DNA of 64,000 nucleotides from an uncultured Weeksellaceae bacterium (GTDB lineage: Bacteria; Bacteroidota; Bacteroidia; Flavobacteriales_D; UBA2798). The stretch lies in contig CAYWRZ010000002.1 of assembly GCA_964460845.1 (NCBI GenBank), forward strand, positions 17,835 through 81,834, written 5' to 3'. The notes under the pieces were generated by a model. That model did not search any database, was not told the origin of the DNA, and saw nothing but the letters and a program-made list of their open reading frames with translations. Each line of letters begins with the position of its first letter. The first letter of the stretch is position 1. The position numbers and the translations under genes were made by a program. Positions 1 to 8,934 of this stretch are shown here, piece by piece.

Positions 1-179
1 GGCATCGCGTTGCCTACAATTACATCGTCGAGCTGTTCGGGATTAAGCTGCGGTACGCTCGCCATCAGATGACGTATCACGGCTGCCGCCAAATCGTCGG
101 TACGGGTAAAACGGAATCCACCGCGACCGGCTTTGCCCACTGCGGTACGAAATCCGGTAATAATATAAGCTTCTTGCAT
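1..179 (-). CDS. acetyl-CoA C-acyltransferase (thiolase), N-terminal fragment; gene runs off the left edge
   Basis: Hand translation of the minus strand from ATG 179-177 gives MQEAYIITGFRTAVGKAGRGGFRFTRTDDLAAAVIRHLMASVPQLNPEQLDDVIVGNAM, a canonical thiolase N-terminus. It lies 25 nt downstream of the HCDH/ECH gene on the same strand. Confidence 0.8.
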   Translation of the reverse strand, partial: MQEAYIITGFRTAVGKAGRGGFRFTRTDDLAAAVIRHLMASVPQLNPEQLDDVIVGNAM

Positions 180-204
180 AAAAAGTGCTGGTTTCGGTAT
201 AAAA

Positions 205-2607
205 TCAGTTTCGTAATACTTTTCCGCCGTTGAGAATGCTTTGCATCCGTTCCAGCGTTTTTCTTTCTCCGCAAAGCGAAAGGAATGCCTGCCGTTCCAA
301 ATCGAGCAGGTATTGTTCGGGCACCAGACTCGCTTCGGAAAGGTCGCCTCCGGCCATTACATAACCCAGTTTTTCGGAGATTTTCTGGTCATGCTCGCTG
401 ATGTAATTGCCGCTGCGCATCGAATTGGCGCCCACATATACAATTCCTAAGGCCTGCTTGCCCAATACGGGAATATGGAGTCGTGGAGCCGGTTGTGTAT
501 AGCCTTTTTCGGCCAAGCGAATAGCCGCTTCTTTGGCATACTGAAGCTGATGCTCGCGATTCAGGATAATTTCATCCTGCCCTTCACGCAGATAGCCCAG
601 CTCGAAAGCTTCGTGTGCAGAAGTAGAAACTTTGGCCTGACCGATGGTCAGAAAACGTTCGCGAAACCGGTTGATTGCCACGTCGCCTTCGTGCAGCTCG
701 TCGCCCAAACGCAGGGCAAATTCTTTGGTGCCACCGCCTCCCGGTATCACGCCTACACCAAATTCTACCAGACCCATGTACGTTTCGGCATGTGCCACTA
801 CCTTGTCAGAATGAAGGCACATTTCACAGCCTCCGCCCAGGACCATACCGTGTGGCGCAATTACGACGGGAATGGAAGAATAGCGAACCCGCATCATCGC
901 CTGCTGGAACGCACGGATGGCAAAATCGAGCTCGTCCCATTCTTGTTCTACGGCCAGCATAAAAATCATTCCCAGGTTGGCGCCGGCCGAAAAGTTATCA
1001 CCCTGGTTGGAAATGACCAGTCCCCGATACTCTTTTTCGGCGGTATCAATGGCTTTGTGGAGTCCGGCGATTACTTCCGAACCGATGGTGTTCATTTTGG
1101 TATGAAACTCCATGTGGAGTATGCCGTCGCCCAAATCGGTCAGCGTAGTACCGCTGTTTTGCCAAACGATATTTTCGGGACGAAGCTGTGCAAGCTCAAT
1201 AAGGTTTTCGGTACCTGGAATGGGTTTATAGCTTTCGGAAGAAATGTCGTAATAAAGTCGTTTGCCTTTTTCGGAACGGTAAAAGGATTCGTGTCCCGCT
1301 TCGTGCATTCGGCTTACCCATTGGGCAGGTTCCAAACCGTTTTCCCTTAGGAGCTCGAGGGTGTTTTTGAGTCCGAGTGCGTCCCACATTTCAAAAGGAC
1401 CCTGTGCCCAGCCGAAACCGGCACGCATGGCATCGTCTATTTTGTAGAGGTCATCGGCAATTTCAGGAATGCGGTGCGACACGTAAGCAAAGAGTCCGGC
1501 AAAGCTCCGGCGGTAAAATTCGCCTGCTTTGTCTTTTCCTTTTACCAAAAAACGCAGGCGTTCGGGCAGGGAATCGATCGTTTTGGCGCCTTCGAGCGTG
1601 GCAAATTTCGTTTTTTGCTGCGGAGCGTATTCGAGCGTATGCAAATCGAGCGCAAGTATTTCGTTGGAGCCGTCGTCCTTTTTGGTTTTTTTGTAAAAAC
1701 CCTGTTTGCTTTTGTCGCCCCACCATTTACGCTCATCCATCGTCGCTACATAATCGGGAATTACGAAGGTGTCGCGGGCTTCGTCGTGGGGGCAGTGCTC
1801 ATGTACACCTCGTGCTACGCGGAGCAGGGTGTCGATGCCTACCACATCGCAGGTGCGGAAAGTGGCCGATTTCGGGCGACCGAGCACCGTTCCTGTAAGC
1901 TTATCGACTTCTTCGACCCGGAGATCCATTTCTTTGACCAGGTGAAAAAGTGCCATAATCGAATATACGCCGATGCGGTTGGCGATAAACGCCGGTGTAT
2001 CTTTACACAGTACGGTGGTCTTACCCAATTGCCGGGTACCGAATTCCATTATTGTGTCGAGCGTTTCGGTGCTGGTTTCGGGAGTAGGGATAAGTTCCAA
2101 TAATTTCAGGTAGCGGGGCGGATTAAAAAAGTGCGTACCCAGAAAATGGCGGCGAAAATCTTCGCTACGCCCTTCCAGCATGAGCTGCACAGGAATGCCC
2201 GAGGTATTGGTCGAAACGAGGGTTCCCGCACTGCGGAATTGCTCTACCTTTTCAAAGACCTGCCGTTTGATGTCGAGCCGCTCTACCACCGCTTCCATAA
2301 TCCAGTCGCATTGCGCAAGGGCGGGCATATCGTCGTCGAAATTACCCGTGCGGATGCGCGAAGCAAAGCTACGGCTGTACAGGGCGGCCGGTTTTGCGTT
2401 GAGGGTGGCTTGAAACGCCTGATTGACGATACGGTTGCGTACCGCTTTATCCTGAAGCGTGCGGCCTTTCTTTTGCTCTTCTTCGGTCAGTTCTTGCGGA
2501 ACGATGTCGAGCAGCAATACCTCGCAGCCCGCATTGGCAAAGTGACAGGCAATACGGGAACCCATTATTCCCGAGCCCAGCACCGCGATTTTGCGTATTT
2601 TTTTCAT
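205..2607 (-). CDS. fused 3-hydroxyacyl-CoA dehydrogenase / enoyl-CoA hydratase (FadB-like, dehydrogenase domain first)
   Basis: 800-aa ORF. The N-terminus has the Rossmann motif IAVLGSGIMGSRIACHFA. The C-terminal half is crotonase-like (NFSAGANL, VLGGGCEM). It is followed by a thiolase gene. Confidence 0.9.
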   Translation of the reverse strand: MKKIRKIAVLGSGIMGSRIACHFANAGCEVLLLDIVPQELTEEEQKKGRTLQDKAVRNRIVNQAFQATLNAKPAALYSRSFASRIRTGNFDDDMPALAQCDWIMEAVVERLDIKRQVFEKVEQFRSAGTLVSTNTSGIPVQLMLEGRSEDFRRHFLGTHFFNPPRYLKLLELIPTPETSTETLDTIMEFGTRQLGKTTVLCKDTPAFIANRIGVYSIMALFHLVKEMDLRVEEVDKLTGTVLGRPKSATFRTCDVVGIDTLLRVARGVHEHCPHDEARDTFVIPDYVATMDERKWWGDKSKQGFYKKTKKDDGSNEILALDLHTLEYAPQQKTKFATLEGAKTIDSLPERLRFLVKGKDKAGEFYRRSFAGLFAYVSHRIPEIADDLYKIDDAMRAGFGWAQGPFEMWDALGLKNTLELLRENGLEPAQWVSRMHEAGHESFYRSEKGKRLYYDISSESYKPIPGTENLIELAQLRPENIVWQNSGTTLTDLGDGILHMEFHTKMNTIGSEVIAGLHKAIDTAEKEYRGLVISNQGDNFSAGANLGMIFMLAVEQEWDELDFAIRAFQQAMMRVRYSSIPVVIAPHGMVLGGGCEMCLHSDKVVAHAETYMGLVEFGVGVIPGGGGTKEFALRLGDELHEGDVAINRFRERFLTIGQAKVSTSAHEAFELGYLREGQDEIILNREHQLQYAKEAAIRLAEKGYTQPAPRLHIPVLGKQALGIVYVGANSMRSGNYISEHDQKISEKLGYVMAGGDLSEASLVPEQYLLDLERQAFLSLCGERKTLERMQSILNGGKVLRN

Positions 2608-2642
2608 AACACTAAGGTGTATTTATACAGTTCTTTCGGGCA

Positions 2643-3104
2643 TTAAAAAAAACGCCCGGGTTTTTCTTTGGTCAATAGGTGATTAATTTCGCCCATCACT
2701 TCAAAAAAAGCTTTCAGCTTTTGTTTCGGCAGTTGAGATTGCAGGTATTCGTTAAAACGGATAACCGTTTGTTTGGAAAGCTCTCTTTTGCGGCGCCCCA
2801 GCTCTGTCAGGTGAATCAGCACAAGGCGTTTGTCGGTTTTATCCGAACGCTTCACAATAAGCCCCTGTTCTTCCATGGCTTTGAGTGTGCGGGTAAGGCT
2901 TCGGGGCTCCATTCCCATTTTAGGACCCAGCCGGGTAGAAGGCGTGCCGTTGCGCTGGTCGATATTGAGCAATACGTATCCGATAGACATGGTAATGCCG
3001 TGTCGGTCGGCCTGCTGGTTATATACCCGGGCTATTCCGTGCCAGGCCCAGCGAATGTGAAAATCGAGCGTTTCTTCAGGTTTCATTTCTCCCAAATATA
3101 ACAT
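2643..3104 (-). CDS. MarR family transcriptional regulator
   Basis: 153 aa. Winged-HTH core TPSTRLGPKMGMEPRSLTRTLKAMEEQGLIVKRSDKTDKRLVLIHLTELG. It sits at the head of the beta-oxidation operon. Confidence 0.8.
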   Translation of the reverse strand: MLYLGEMKPEETLDFHIRWAWHGIARVYNQQADRHGITMSIGYVLLNIDQRNGTPSTRLGPKMGMEPRSLTRTLKAMEEQGLIVKRSDKTDKRLVLIHLTELGRRKRELSKQTVIRFNEYLQSQLPKQKLKAFFEVMGEINHLLTKEKPGRFF

Positions 3105-3114
3105 TATTTAATAT

Positions 3115-3126
3115 TATGCACGCATA
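3115..3126. promoter_or_regulatory. short inverted repeat TATGC-AC-GCATA just upstream of the MarR start; candidate autoregulatory operator
   Basis: Read directly from the sequence. It is 11-22 nt upstream of ATG 3104. Only 5-bp arms, so this is weak evidence. Confidence 0.2.
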
Positions 3127-3210
3127 CTATAAGGTTAAATTTTTTCAAAATTTTTGGTTCCGATAAGCATAAGAAAAAGTAACAATGACCTGTAAGACAA
3201 GTTAAGTCCA

Positions 3211-3246
3211 TAAAAACAAAAAGCCCCGGAGATTTTTCCGGAGCTT
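3211..3246 (-). terminator. rho-independent terminator of the 3268-4440 gene
   Basis: Stem 3221-3230 pairs with 3237-3246 (core ccgga/tccgg, one mismatch further out). On the minus strand it is followed by TTTGTTTTTA. Confidence 0.6.
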
Positions 3247-3267
3247 TCAGTTAGGGTAGCTTACTTA

Positions 3268-4440
3268 TCAGGGTTTCAGTATGCGCAGTGTACGTGTTTC
3301 GTCCGTGTCGAGTATGAGCTTTAGGATATACATTCCCGAAGGCAGCTCCGCAAGATCCAGTGTTCCGGAGGTATAGGCGCCGAACGTATAATTTTTTACT
3401 TCTTGTCCGGCAATGCTGATTACGCGTATCGAAACCTTACGCGGTGTATCGCCCAGTTCTAAGTGGAGATAGTCCTGAAAAGGGTTGGGATAAACACGTA
3501 CCTGTGCGGCTTCATTTTCAGTGATGCTTACGCTGCTGAAAAGGTAGCAGTCGGAGGTGGAGCTGCATCCGTTCTGTGCGATGGTTACGGCGTAACTCCC
3601 GTTTGCGGTGGGGGTGAAATTCGGACCGGTCTGACCTGCAATTGGGCTGTTGTCCTGACAGTTGATCCATTGGTAAGAGGCACCGCTTATCGAAGCGCTG
3701 AGCGTGCCCGGCACTGTTTCCGATACGCTGCTTGTATGCGGGTTCGATACCTGTATTTGCAAGGTGTTGACACAATCCGGATCGCTTACATTCCAGTTGT
3801 AGAAATAGTAGTAATAGCCCATAAAATCGTAATCGCTGCCCGTGAGCGTGATGTGGCCTGACGTGCTTTGGTAGTTGAACGCGTTGCCGCTTTCGTTGCG
3901 GAAAAGTCCGCCGCAGGACTCGGATACGAGTATCATTTTGTAACGGCTGCCTTGGGGTACGGCTATGCCCAGCGGAAGGGTATGGAGTCCCGACGAAGGT
4001 ACGCTCAGCGTTTTTTGTACAAGCGTGGAAGTGATCATTCCGATCACATTCGTTTCACAGATTTTGAGGGTGATGTTGCCCGGTCCGGCGGTATATACAT
4101 CGACCGTGTTAATGATCATGTTTTTGGCCAGCGAGAAACTGATGTATTTATCGACGGTGGTGTAAAAAGCACCTGTGCCGAAGCTGTTATCGGCGGGACC
4201 TACGTATTCGGTAGCGGCATACTTATACGATGTGCTGGTTGTAGGACTAAGGTTAAGCGAAGTGCTTACAGAAAGCAGGTTCATCTGCTCGTCGTACAGA
4301 GCCAGCGGCAGGGCAGAGGTGTAGTTGAACGTATTTCCGGTGCAGAGTTGCGCATCTGCGAGCGTTGGGGTAAGGCAAGACTGTGCCCGTCCCTGTATGC
4401 AGGCGGCAAGCGCCATGCACAACAGCGAAATTTTTTTCAC
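3268..4440 (-). CDS. secreted protein with C-terminal T9SS sorting domain
   Basis: GTG start. Signal peptide MKKISLLCMALAACIQGRAQ. The C-terminus VRVYPNPFQDYLHLEL...GMYILKLILDTDETRTLRILKP is typical of a type A Por/T9SS CTD. Confidence 0.75.
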   Translation of the reverse strand: MKKISLLCMALAACIQGRAQSCLTPTLADAQLCTGNTFNYTSALPLALYDEQMNLLSVSTSLNLSPTTSTSYKYAATEYVGPADNSFGTGAFYTTVDKYISFSLAKNMIINTVDVYTAGPGNITLKICETNVIGMITSTLVQKTLSVPSSGLHTLPLGIAVPQGSRYKMILVSESCGGLFRNESGNAFNYQSTSGHITLTGSDYDFMGYYYYFYNWNVSDPDCVNTLQIQVSNPHTSSVSETVPGTLSASISGASYQWINCQDNSPIAGQTGPNFTPTANGSYAVTIAQNGCSSTSDCYLFSSVSITENEAAQVRVYPNPFQDYLHLELGDTPRKVSIRVISIAGQEVKNYTFGAYTSGTLDLAELPSGMYILKLILDTDETRTLRILKP

Positions 4441-4456
4441 GGTATGTGGGTTTAAG

Positions 4457-4813
4457 TTAGAAAGTGACTTCGGCGAAGATTGTTTTGTCGCCTCGCAGTA
4501 GCTTTATTTTTACCTTATCGCCGGGATTGTATTCCGACAATAAATCGCGGTATGCAAACACGTTTTTAATCGGTTTTTCGTCAAAAGCCAGGATCACATC
4601 ACCGGTTTTGATTCCGTATTTTTCAGCGGTCTTCCCGGGAAGTATGCCTTTCACTCTCACTCCTTTACCACTAAACAGGTAATCGGGCTTGATACCCAGC
4701 GTGACCTTGGTATCGGGTTGCTGTGCAATGGCAGGCAGCGCGGTAAACAGCAGCAGCAGACAAAGCAGGTGTCGTAGCCGGAAAAGAGGGAAGAAGCCGA
4801 TAGAATGATTCAT
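4457..4813 (-). CDS. small secreted PDZ-domain protein
   Basis: 118 aa. Hydrophobic signal sequence, then a PDZ core GVRVKGILPGKTAEKYGIKTGDVILAFDEKPI...GDKVKIKLLRG. Confidence 0.7.
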   Translation of the reverse strand: MNHSIGFFPLFRLRHLLCLLLLFTALPAIAQQPDTKVTLGIKPDYLFSGKGVRVKGILPGKTAEKYGIKTGDVILAFDEKPIKNVFAYRDLLSEYNPGDKVKIKLLRGDKTIFAEVTF

Positions 4814-4816
4814 AGT

Positions 4817-5236
4817 TTAGTGGGTAAGTTTAGGGCGCAGGTGTAACCTGAACCGGATAAAATGTTCGTAGGCCAGCAGTCCCGAAACGATGAGCACTAC
4901 GGCAAGCAGTCCTATCTGCGAATAATTTTTAGGGCTTACGATAAATGCTTCGCCAATCAGGTGTGCAACGTGCGAGGCAAAATAGATGACGCTGACAATT
5001 AACAGTCCCAGGTCAATCAGCTTGTTACGGGTGTAAAGCACAAAGATAATCCAGATAAAGGGCAGGTGGTAAAAGAGCGTCCGGATCATCACCAGGGTTT
5101 CGGGCTCTTCGTCTGACAGCTTCACATCGGTACCATAAAAAATACCGCTTACACGGTAATTGAAATGCAGAATCATGCCAATGATCGAGAGCAGCCAAAG
5201 TGTAACAAGTTTGAGATCGGGTCCGGTGTGTTTCAT
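4817..5236 (-). CDS. hypothetical 4-TM membrane protein
   Basis: 139-aa ORF with four hydrophobic segments. Only a 3-nt gap to the PDZ gene. No family recognised. Confidence 0.5.
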   Translation of the reverse strand: MKHTGPDLKLVTLWLLSIIGMILHFNYRVSGIFYGTDVKLSDEEPETLVMIRTLFYHLPFIWIIFVLYTRNKLIDLGLLIVSVIYFASHVAHLIGEAFIVSPKNYSQIGLLAVVLIVSGLLAYEHFIRFRLHLRPKLTH

Positions 5237-5294
5237 GGTGTAGCGTTTAGCAGGTGGTTGGGGTTAAATGAGCTTCGTATAAATTACACGGTCA

Positions 5295-5317
5295 TTATTA
5301 AGAATTATTCTTAATAA
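5295..5317. promoter_or_regulatory. perfect 23-bp palindrome (11-bp arms, 1-nt spacer); candidate operator
   Basis: TTATTAAGAAT-T-ATTCTTAATAA, checked base by base. It lies immediately downstream of the -7 box at 5329-5322. Confidence 0.5.
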
Positions 5318-5321
5318 GGCG

Positions 5322-5329
5322 CAAATGTA
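5322..5329 (-). promoter_or_regulatory. -7 promoter box (TACATTTG) for the 5236->3268 operon
   Basis: Perfect match to the Bacteroidota TAnnTTTG consensus on the minus strand. The ATG is at 5236. Confidence 0.4.
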
Positions 5330-5490
5330 GCCGAAACAAAAGGGCAGATGCAATACCTTAAAAAGGTGATCTTTCTCTTTTTTACGACAGGAGAGGGAAA
5401 TAGGCAACTGACCGTTTGCCGGCCCGAGATTTGCCGGATGGCAGGTATAGTTCGGGGATTATTCTTTTCTTTGTGCAAAAAGCGAAGCTC

Positions 5491-6390
5491 ATGAAAGCCG
5501 GTATCACGTTGTTTGCCGAAAATAGTCTGGCCAGTTTGCTTTCGCTGGCGAAAATACTGGTATCGCCCGGGAAAAAGTCAGGTCGTATCCGTAATGAGTC
5601 CGGTAAAGAAGAATGTGTGCTGCTGGGCAACGGACCTTCGCTGAAGCCTATCGTCGAAAAGCATTCCGCTTTTTTGTCAGGAAAATACCTGATTGCGGTA
5701 AACCATTTTGCGCTTACAGCCCTGTATTCGGAGCTAAAGCCCCAGGGCTACGTCATATCGGCACCCGAGTATTGGATCGAAGGGGTTACTCCTTCATGGA
5801 AAGAAGAAAGGATTCGATTTTTTACGGCGCTGCAAGAAAACACGTCCTGGCCGCTTACCTTGTTTCTGCCCTCGGGAGCGCGTAAAGTAAAGTACTGGCA
5901 GGAAATGCTGGTGCAGAATCCGAATATACGCATCCACTTTTACAGCAATTTACCGATAGAAGGCTTCAGGCGTTTTGTCTATTTTTCGCTCGACAGGCAA
6001 TGGGGTATTCCGCGTTCGCACAATGTGCTGGGGCATTCCCTTTCGCTTAGCCTGTTTATGCGGTTTAAAAAAATTTACCTGGTGGGCGCCGAGCATTCGT
6101 GGCTCAAAGACATTTGGGTGGACGAAGACAATACCGTGTATATGTCGCATACCCATTTTTACAGTCAGGGACAAGCCAAGCCGCTTCCCTTGTATCCGCA
6201 TCTGCTGAATTCCGGGCAAAAAAGGCTTCATCACATTCTCTACAAATTCATGAATACCTTTCAAAGCTATTTCACGCTCGAAGGGTACGCGCGTAAAAAA
6301 GGAACCGAAATTATTAACGTAACGCCGGGTTCTTATATCGATGCTTTTCCGAGGCTCAATCTTGATACCCTTTCGGAAACTTCATCCTGA
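5491..6390 (+). CDS. DUF115/MptE-like or GT42 sialyltransferase-like Rossmann protein (tentative)
   Basis: VLLGNGPSLK resembles the GNGPSL motif of Campylobacter CstII and of DUF115. A later segment, KKIYLVGAEHSW, resembles CstII YKEIYLSGIDFY. I prefer ATG 5491 over the upstream TTG 5416. Confidence 0.5.
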   Translation: MKAGITLFAENSLASLLSLAKILVSPGKKSGRIRNESGKEECVLLGNGPSLKPIVEKHSAFLSGKYLIAVNHFALTALYSELKPQGYVISAPEYWIEGVTPSWKEERIRFFTALQENTSWPLTLFLPSGARKVKYWQEMLVQNPNIRIHFYSNLPIEGFRRFVYFSLDRQWGIPRSHNVLGHSLSLSLFMRFKKIYLVGAEHSWLKDIWVDEDNTVYMSHTHFYSQGQAKPLPLYPHLLNSGQKRLHHILYKFMNTFQSYFTLEGYARKKGTEIINVTPGSYIDAFPRLNLDTLSETSS

Positions 6391-6398
6391 CAGCGGAT

Positions 6399-8882
6399 TT
6401 ACACGGGGTCCACATCTACTTCGACCAGCACCGGCTTATATTCGGGGTGAATTTTGAAATCGAGAATTTTTTCGTTCATCTCCTGTTTGCGCAGCGCGTA
6501 TTCCGATCCGCGTTCGAGCTTAAGGAGCAAGGTGCGGTAAAAATAATTCCGTATTCTCGGTACTAAGGGCTGTTCGGGACCCAATACCCTTTTACCAAGA
6601 GTGGTACGCAATTGTTCGGCTAAGTAACGGGCACCTTCTTCCACTTTTTGCAGATCCTTGTGCTTTAAGGTGATTTTTATCAGCCTTACGAAAGGAGGAT
6701 AGGCGAAATTTCTACGTTCGATAAGCTCCTGGCTGTACATATTTTCGTAATCGTTTTGCATCACCTTTTGTACAATCCAATGGTTGGGTGTGTAGGTTTG
6801 GATCAGCACTTTTCCGCGTTTCTGCTTGCGTCCGGCCCGACCCGATACCTGCACCAGCAGTTGAAAAGAGCGCTCAAAAGCTCTGAAATCGGGATAATGA
6901 AGCAGCGAATCGGCATTGAGCACCCCCACCAGCGCCACCTTGTCGAAATCGAGTCCTTTGGTGACCATCTGTGTGCCCACCAGCACATCGATGCGCTGGG
7001 CTTCAAATTCGCGGATAAGGTTGTAATAGGCGTTTTTGGAACGGGTCGAGTCGAGGTCCATACGCGCCACCCGTATGCCGGGAATGAGCAAGGTCAGGTC
7101 TTCTTCTATTTTTTCGGTACCGAAGCCGAGCATTTTAAGCTTATGGCTGCCGCAGGCCGAACAGGTTTTGGGCGGGGGGTAAACCGTAGCGCAGTAATGG
7201 CACTGCAATTGATGCGTTTGCTTGTGATAAGTCAGGCTTACGTCGCAATTGCGGCAGCGGGGTACCCATCCGCAGGTTTCGCAGAGCCAAAAAGGGGAGT
7301 AGCCCCTCCGGTTTTGAAACAGAATAACCTGTTCTTTTTGTGCTACTACTTCACGAATATGTTCGATAAGGGTTTCGGAAAAATGCCCTTTCATTTTTTT
7401 ATGCCGGGTCGCTTCGCCCAAATCGACACATTGCACTTCGGGCAGCATTACGCCACCGTAGCGTTTTTTTAGCGTGGCAAATCCGTATTTTCCTTGCTGC
7501 GCATTAAAATAAGATTCTATCGAAGGGGTAGCCGAACCCAACAGTACCCGGCATTTTTGAAGATGCCCCAGCATAATGGCCGAATCGCGGGCATGGTAAC
7601 GCGGAGCCGGGTCGAACTGCTTGAAGCTGTTTTCGTGCTCTTCGTCCACGATAATAAGTCCGAGTTGCCGGAAGGGGAGAAACAGGGCCGAACGTGCTCC
7701 GAGCAGCACCCGGTACTTTCCGCTCAGCGTATGCGCCCAGGTTTCGGCGCGTTCCTGCTCGTTGAAGCGCGAATGGTAAATGCCTACCTCGTCGCCGAAA
7801 TGTTTCCGCAGCCGGTTGATGATCTGCGTGGTTAAGGCAATCTCCGGAAGCAGGTACAAGACCTGATTTTCGCCCGAGGCCAGCGCTTCTTCGATGAGGC
7901 GGATGTAAATTTCGGTTTTCCCACCCGAGGTTACCCCGTGCAAAAGCACCACTTCTTTTTCCGAAAATCCATGCCTTACCTGATCGAGGGCTTGTTGCTG
8001 TGCCTCCGAAAGCGCTGCTACCGCAACGGTTTCGCCTTCGTAAACACCCAGCCTGTCCACCCTGACCTGCACGGATTCTAACACTTCTTTACGGAGCAGG
8101 GTTTGAAGTGAGCTGCTGTGTTCGGGCATTTCTTCTAACAGATCGGCTTTGCGTACGTCTTCGGATGTACCGCTATAACGGTTGGAAAGCTGTATAAAAC
8201 GCAGCAGAATTTCTACCTGCTTTACTGTGCTTTTTTTAGTGCCGAGGCTGTCGAAAAGGTTTTTCAAGCCTTCTTCCGAAGCGTAGGCGGGGGCCAGACG
8301 GAGAAAGGTTTCGTAACGCGGCTTATACTTCTGCTTCAGCTCTTCTTCGACCATTACGGCACCCTTTTCGAGCAGCGATTTTACGTAGGGTTGAACGGTT
8401 TGCTGTGCAAGTAATTCGGCAATCTCTTTCAGCGTAAGCACTTCACGGGTTTCTAACGCGTCGAGAATTACCTGCTCTTTTTCGTTGAATACGGTGTCGC
8501 GATGATAAGCTGTACCGGCTACGATACGGGTTTCGCTGGCCAGCTTCAGGCTTCCGGGCAGGGCGGCATTCATTACGTCGCCCGGGTGACAGCAATAATA
8601 TGAGGCCATCCATTCCCAGAATATAAACTGGCTTTCGTGCACCAGCGGTCCCGGGTCGAGCACCGCTTCGATGTACTTGGCTTCGTAATGGCGCGGAGGA
8701 GTCTGATGGATACGCCTTACCAGCGCGGTGTAGCGTTTTTGGGCGCCAAACTGAACCACTACTCTTTGTCCTTCGAAGAGAACTTCGTTCAGGTCGAAGG
8801 GTACCCGATAGGTGTAGTACTGCGGTACCGACAAAGGCAGCAGCACATCGGCAAAATAGGTGATTCGTTCGCTATGGTTCAT
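6399..8882 (-). CDS. priA: primosomal protein N' (replication restart helicase)
   Basis: 827 aa. Walker A GVTSGGKT, DEEH box, and the Cys-rich zinc insert CETCGWVPRCRNCDVSLTYH...CHYC...CSACGS. Confidence 0.9.
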   Translation of the reverse strand: MNHSERITYFADVLLPLSVPQYYTYRVPFDLNEVLFEGQRVVVQFGAQKRYTALVRRIHQTPPRHYEAKYIEAVLDPGPLVHESQFIFWEWMASYYCCHPGDVMNAALPGSLKLASETRIVAGTAYHRDTVFNEKEQVILDALETREVLTLKEIAELLAQQTVQPYVKSLLEKGAVMVEEELKQKYKPRYETFLRLAPAYASEEGLKNLFDSLGTKKSTVKQVEILLRFIQLSNRYSGTSEDVRKADLLEEMPEHSSSLQTLLRKEVLESVQVRVDRLGVYEGETVAVAALSEAQQQALDQVRHGFSEKEVVLLHGVTSGGKTEIYIRLIEEALASGENQVLYLLPEIALTTQIINRLRKHFGDEVGIYHSRFNEQERAETWAHTLSGKYRVLLGARSALFLPFRQLGLIIVDEEHENSFKQFDPAPRYHARDSAIMLGHLQKCRVLLGSATPSIESYFNAQQGKYGFATLKKRYGGVMLPEVQCVDLGEATRHKKMKGHFSETLIEHIREVVAQKEQVILFQNRRGYSPFWLCETCGWVPRCRNCDVSLTYHKQTHQLQCHYCATVYPPPKTCSACGSHKLKMLGFGTEKIEEDLTLLIPGIRVARMDLDSTRSKNAYYNLIREFEAQRIDVLVGTQMVTKGLDFDKVALVGVLNADSLLHYPDFRAFERSFQLLVQVSGRAGRKQKRGKVLIQTYTPNHWIVQKVMQNDYENMYSQELIERRNFAYPPFVRLIKITLKHKDLQKVEEGARYLAEQLRTTLGKRVLGPEQPLVPRIRNYFYRTLLLKLERGSEYALRKQEMNEKILDFKIHPEYKPVLVEVDVDPV

Positions 8883-8934
8883 AGTCGGCTCGGCAAAAGT
8901 AGGAAATAGGGCTTGCAGAAAACGATAAACCCGC

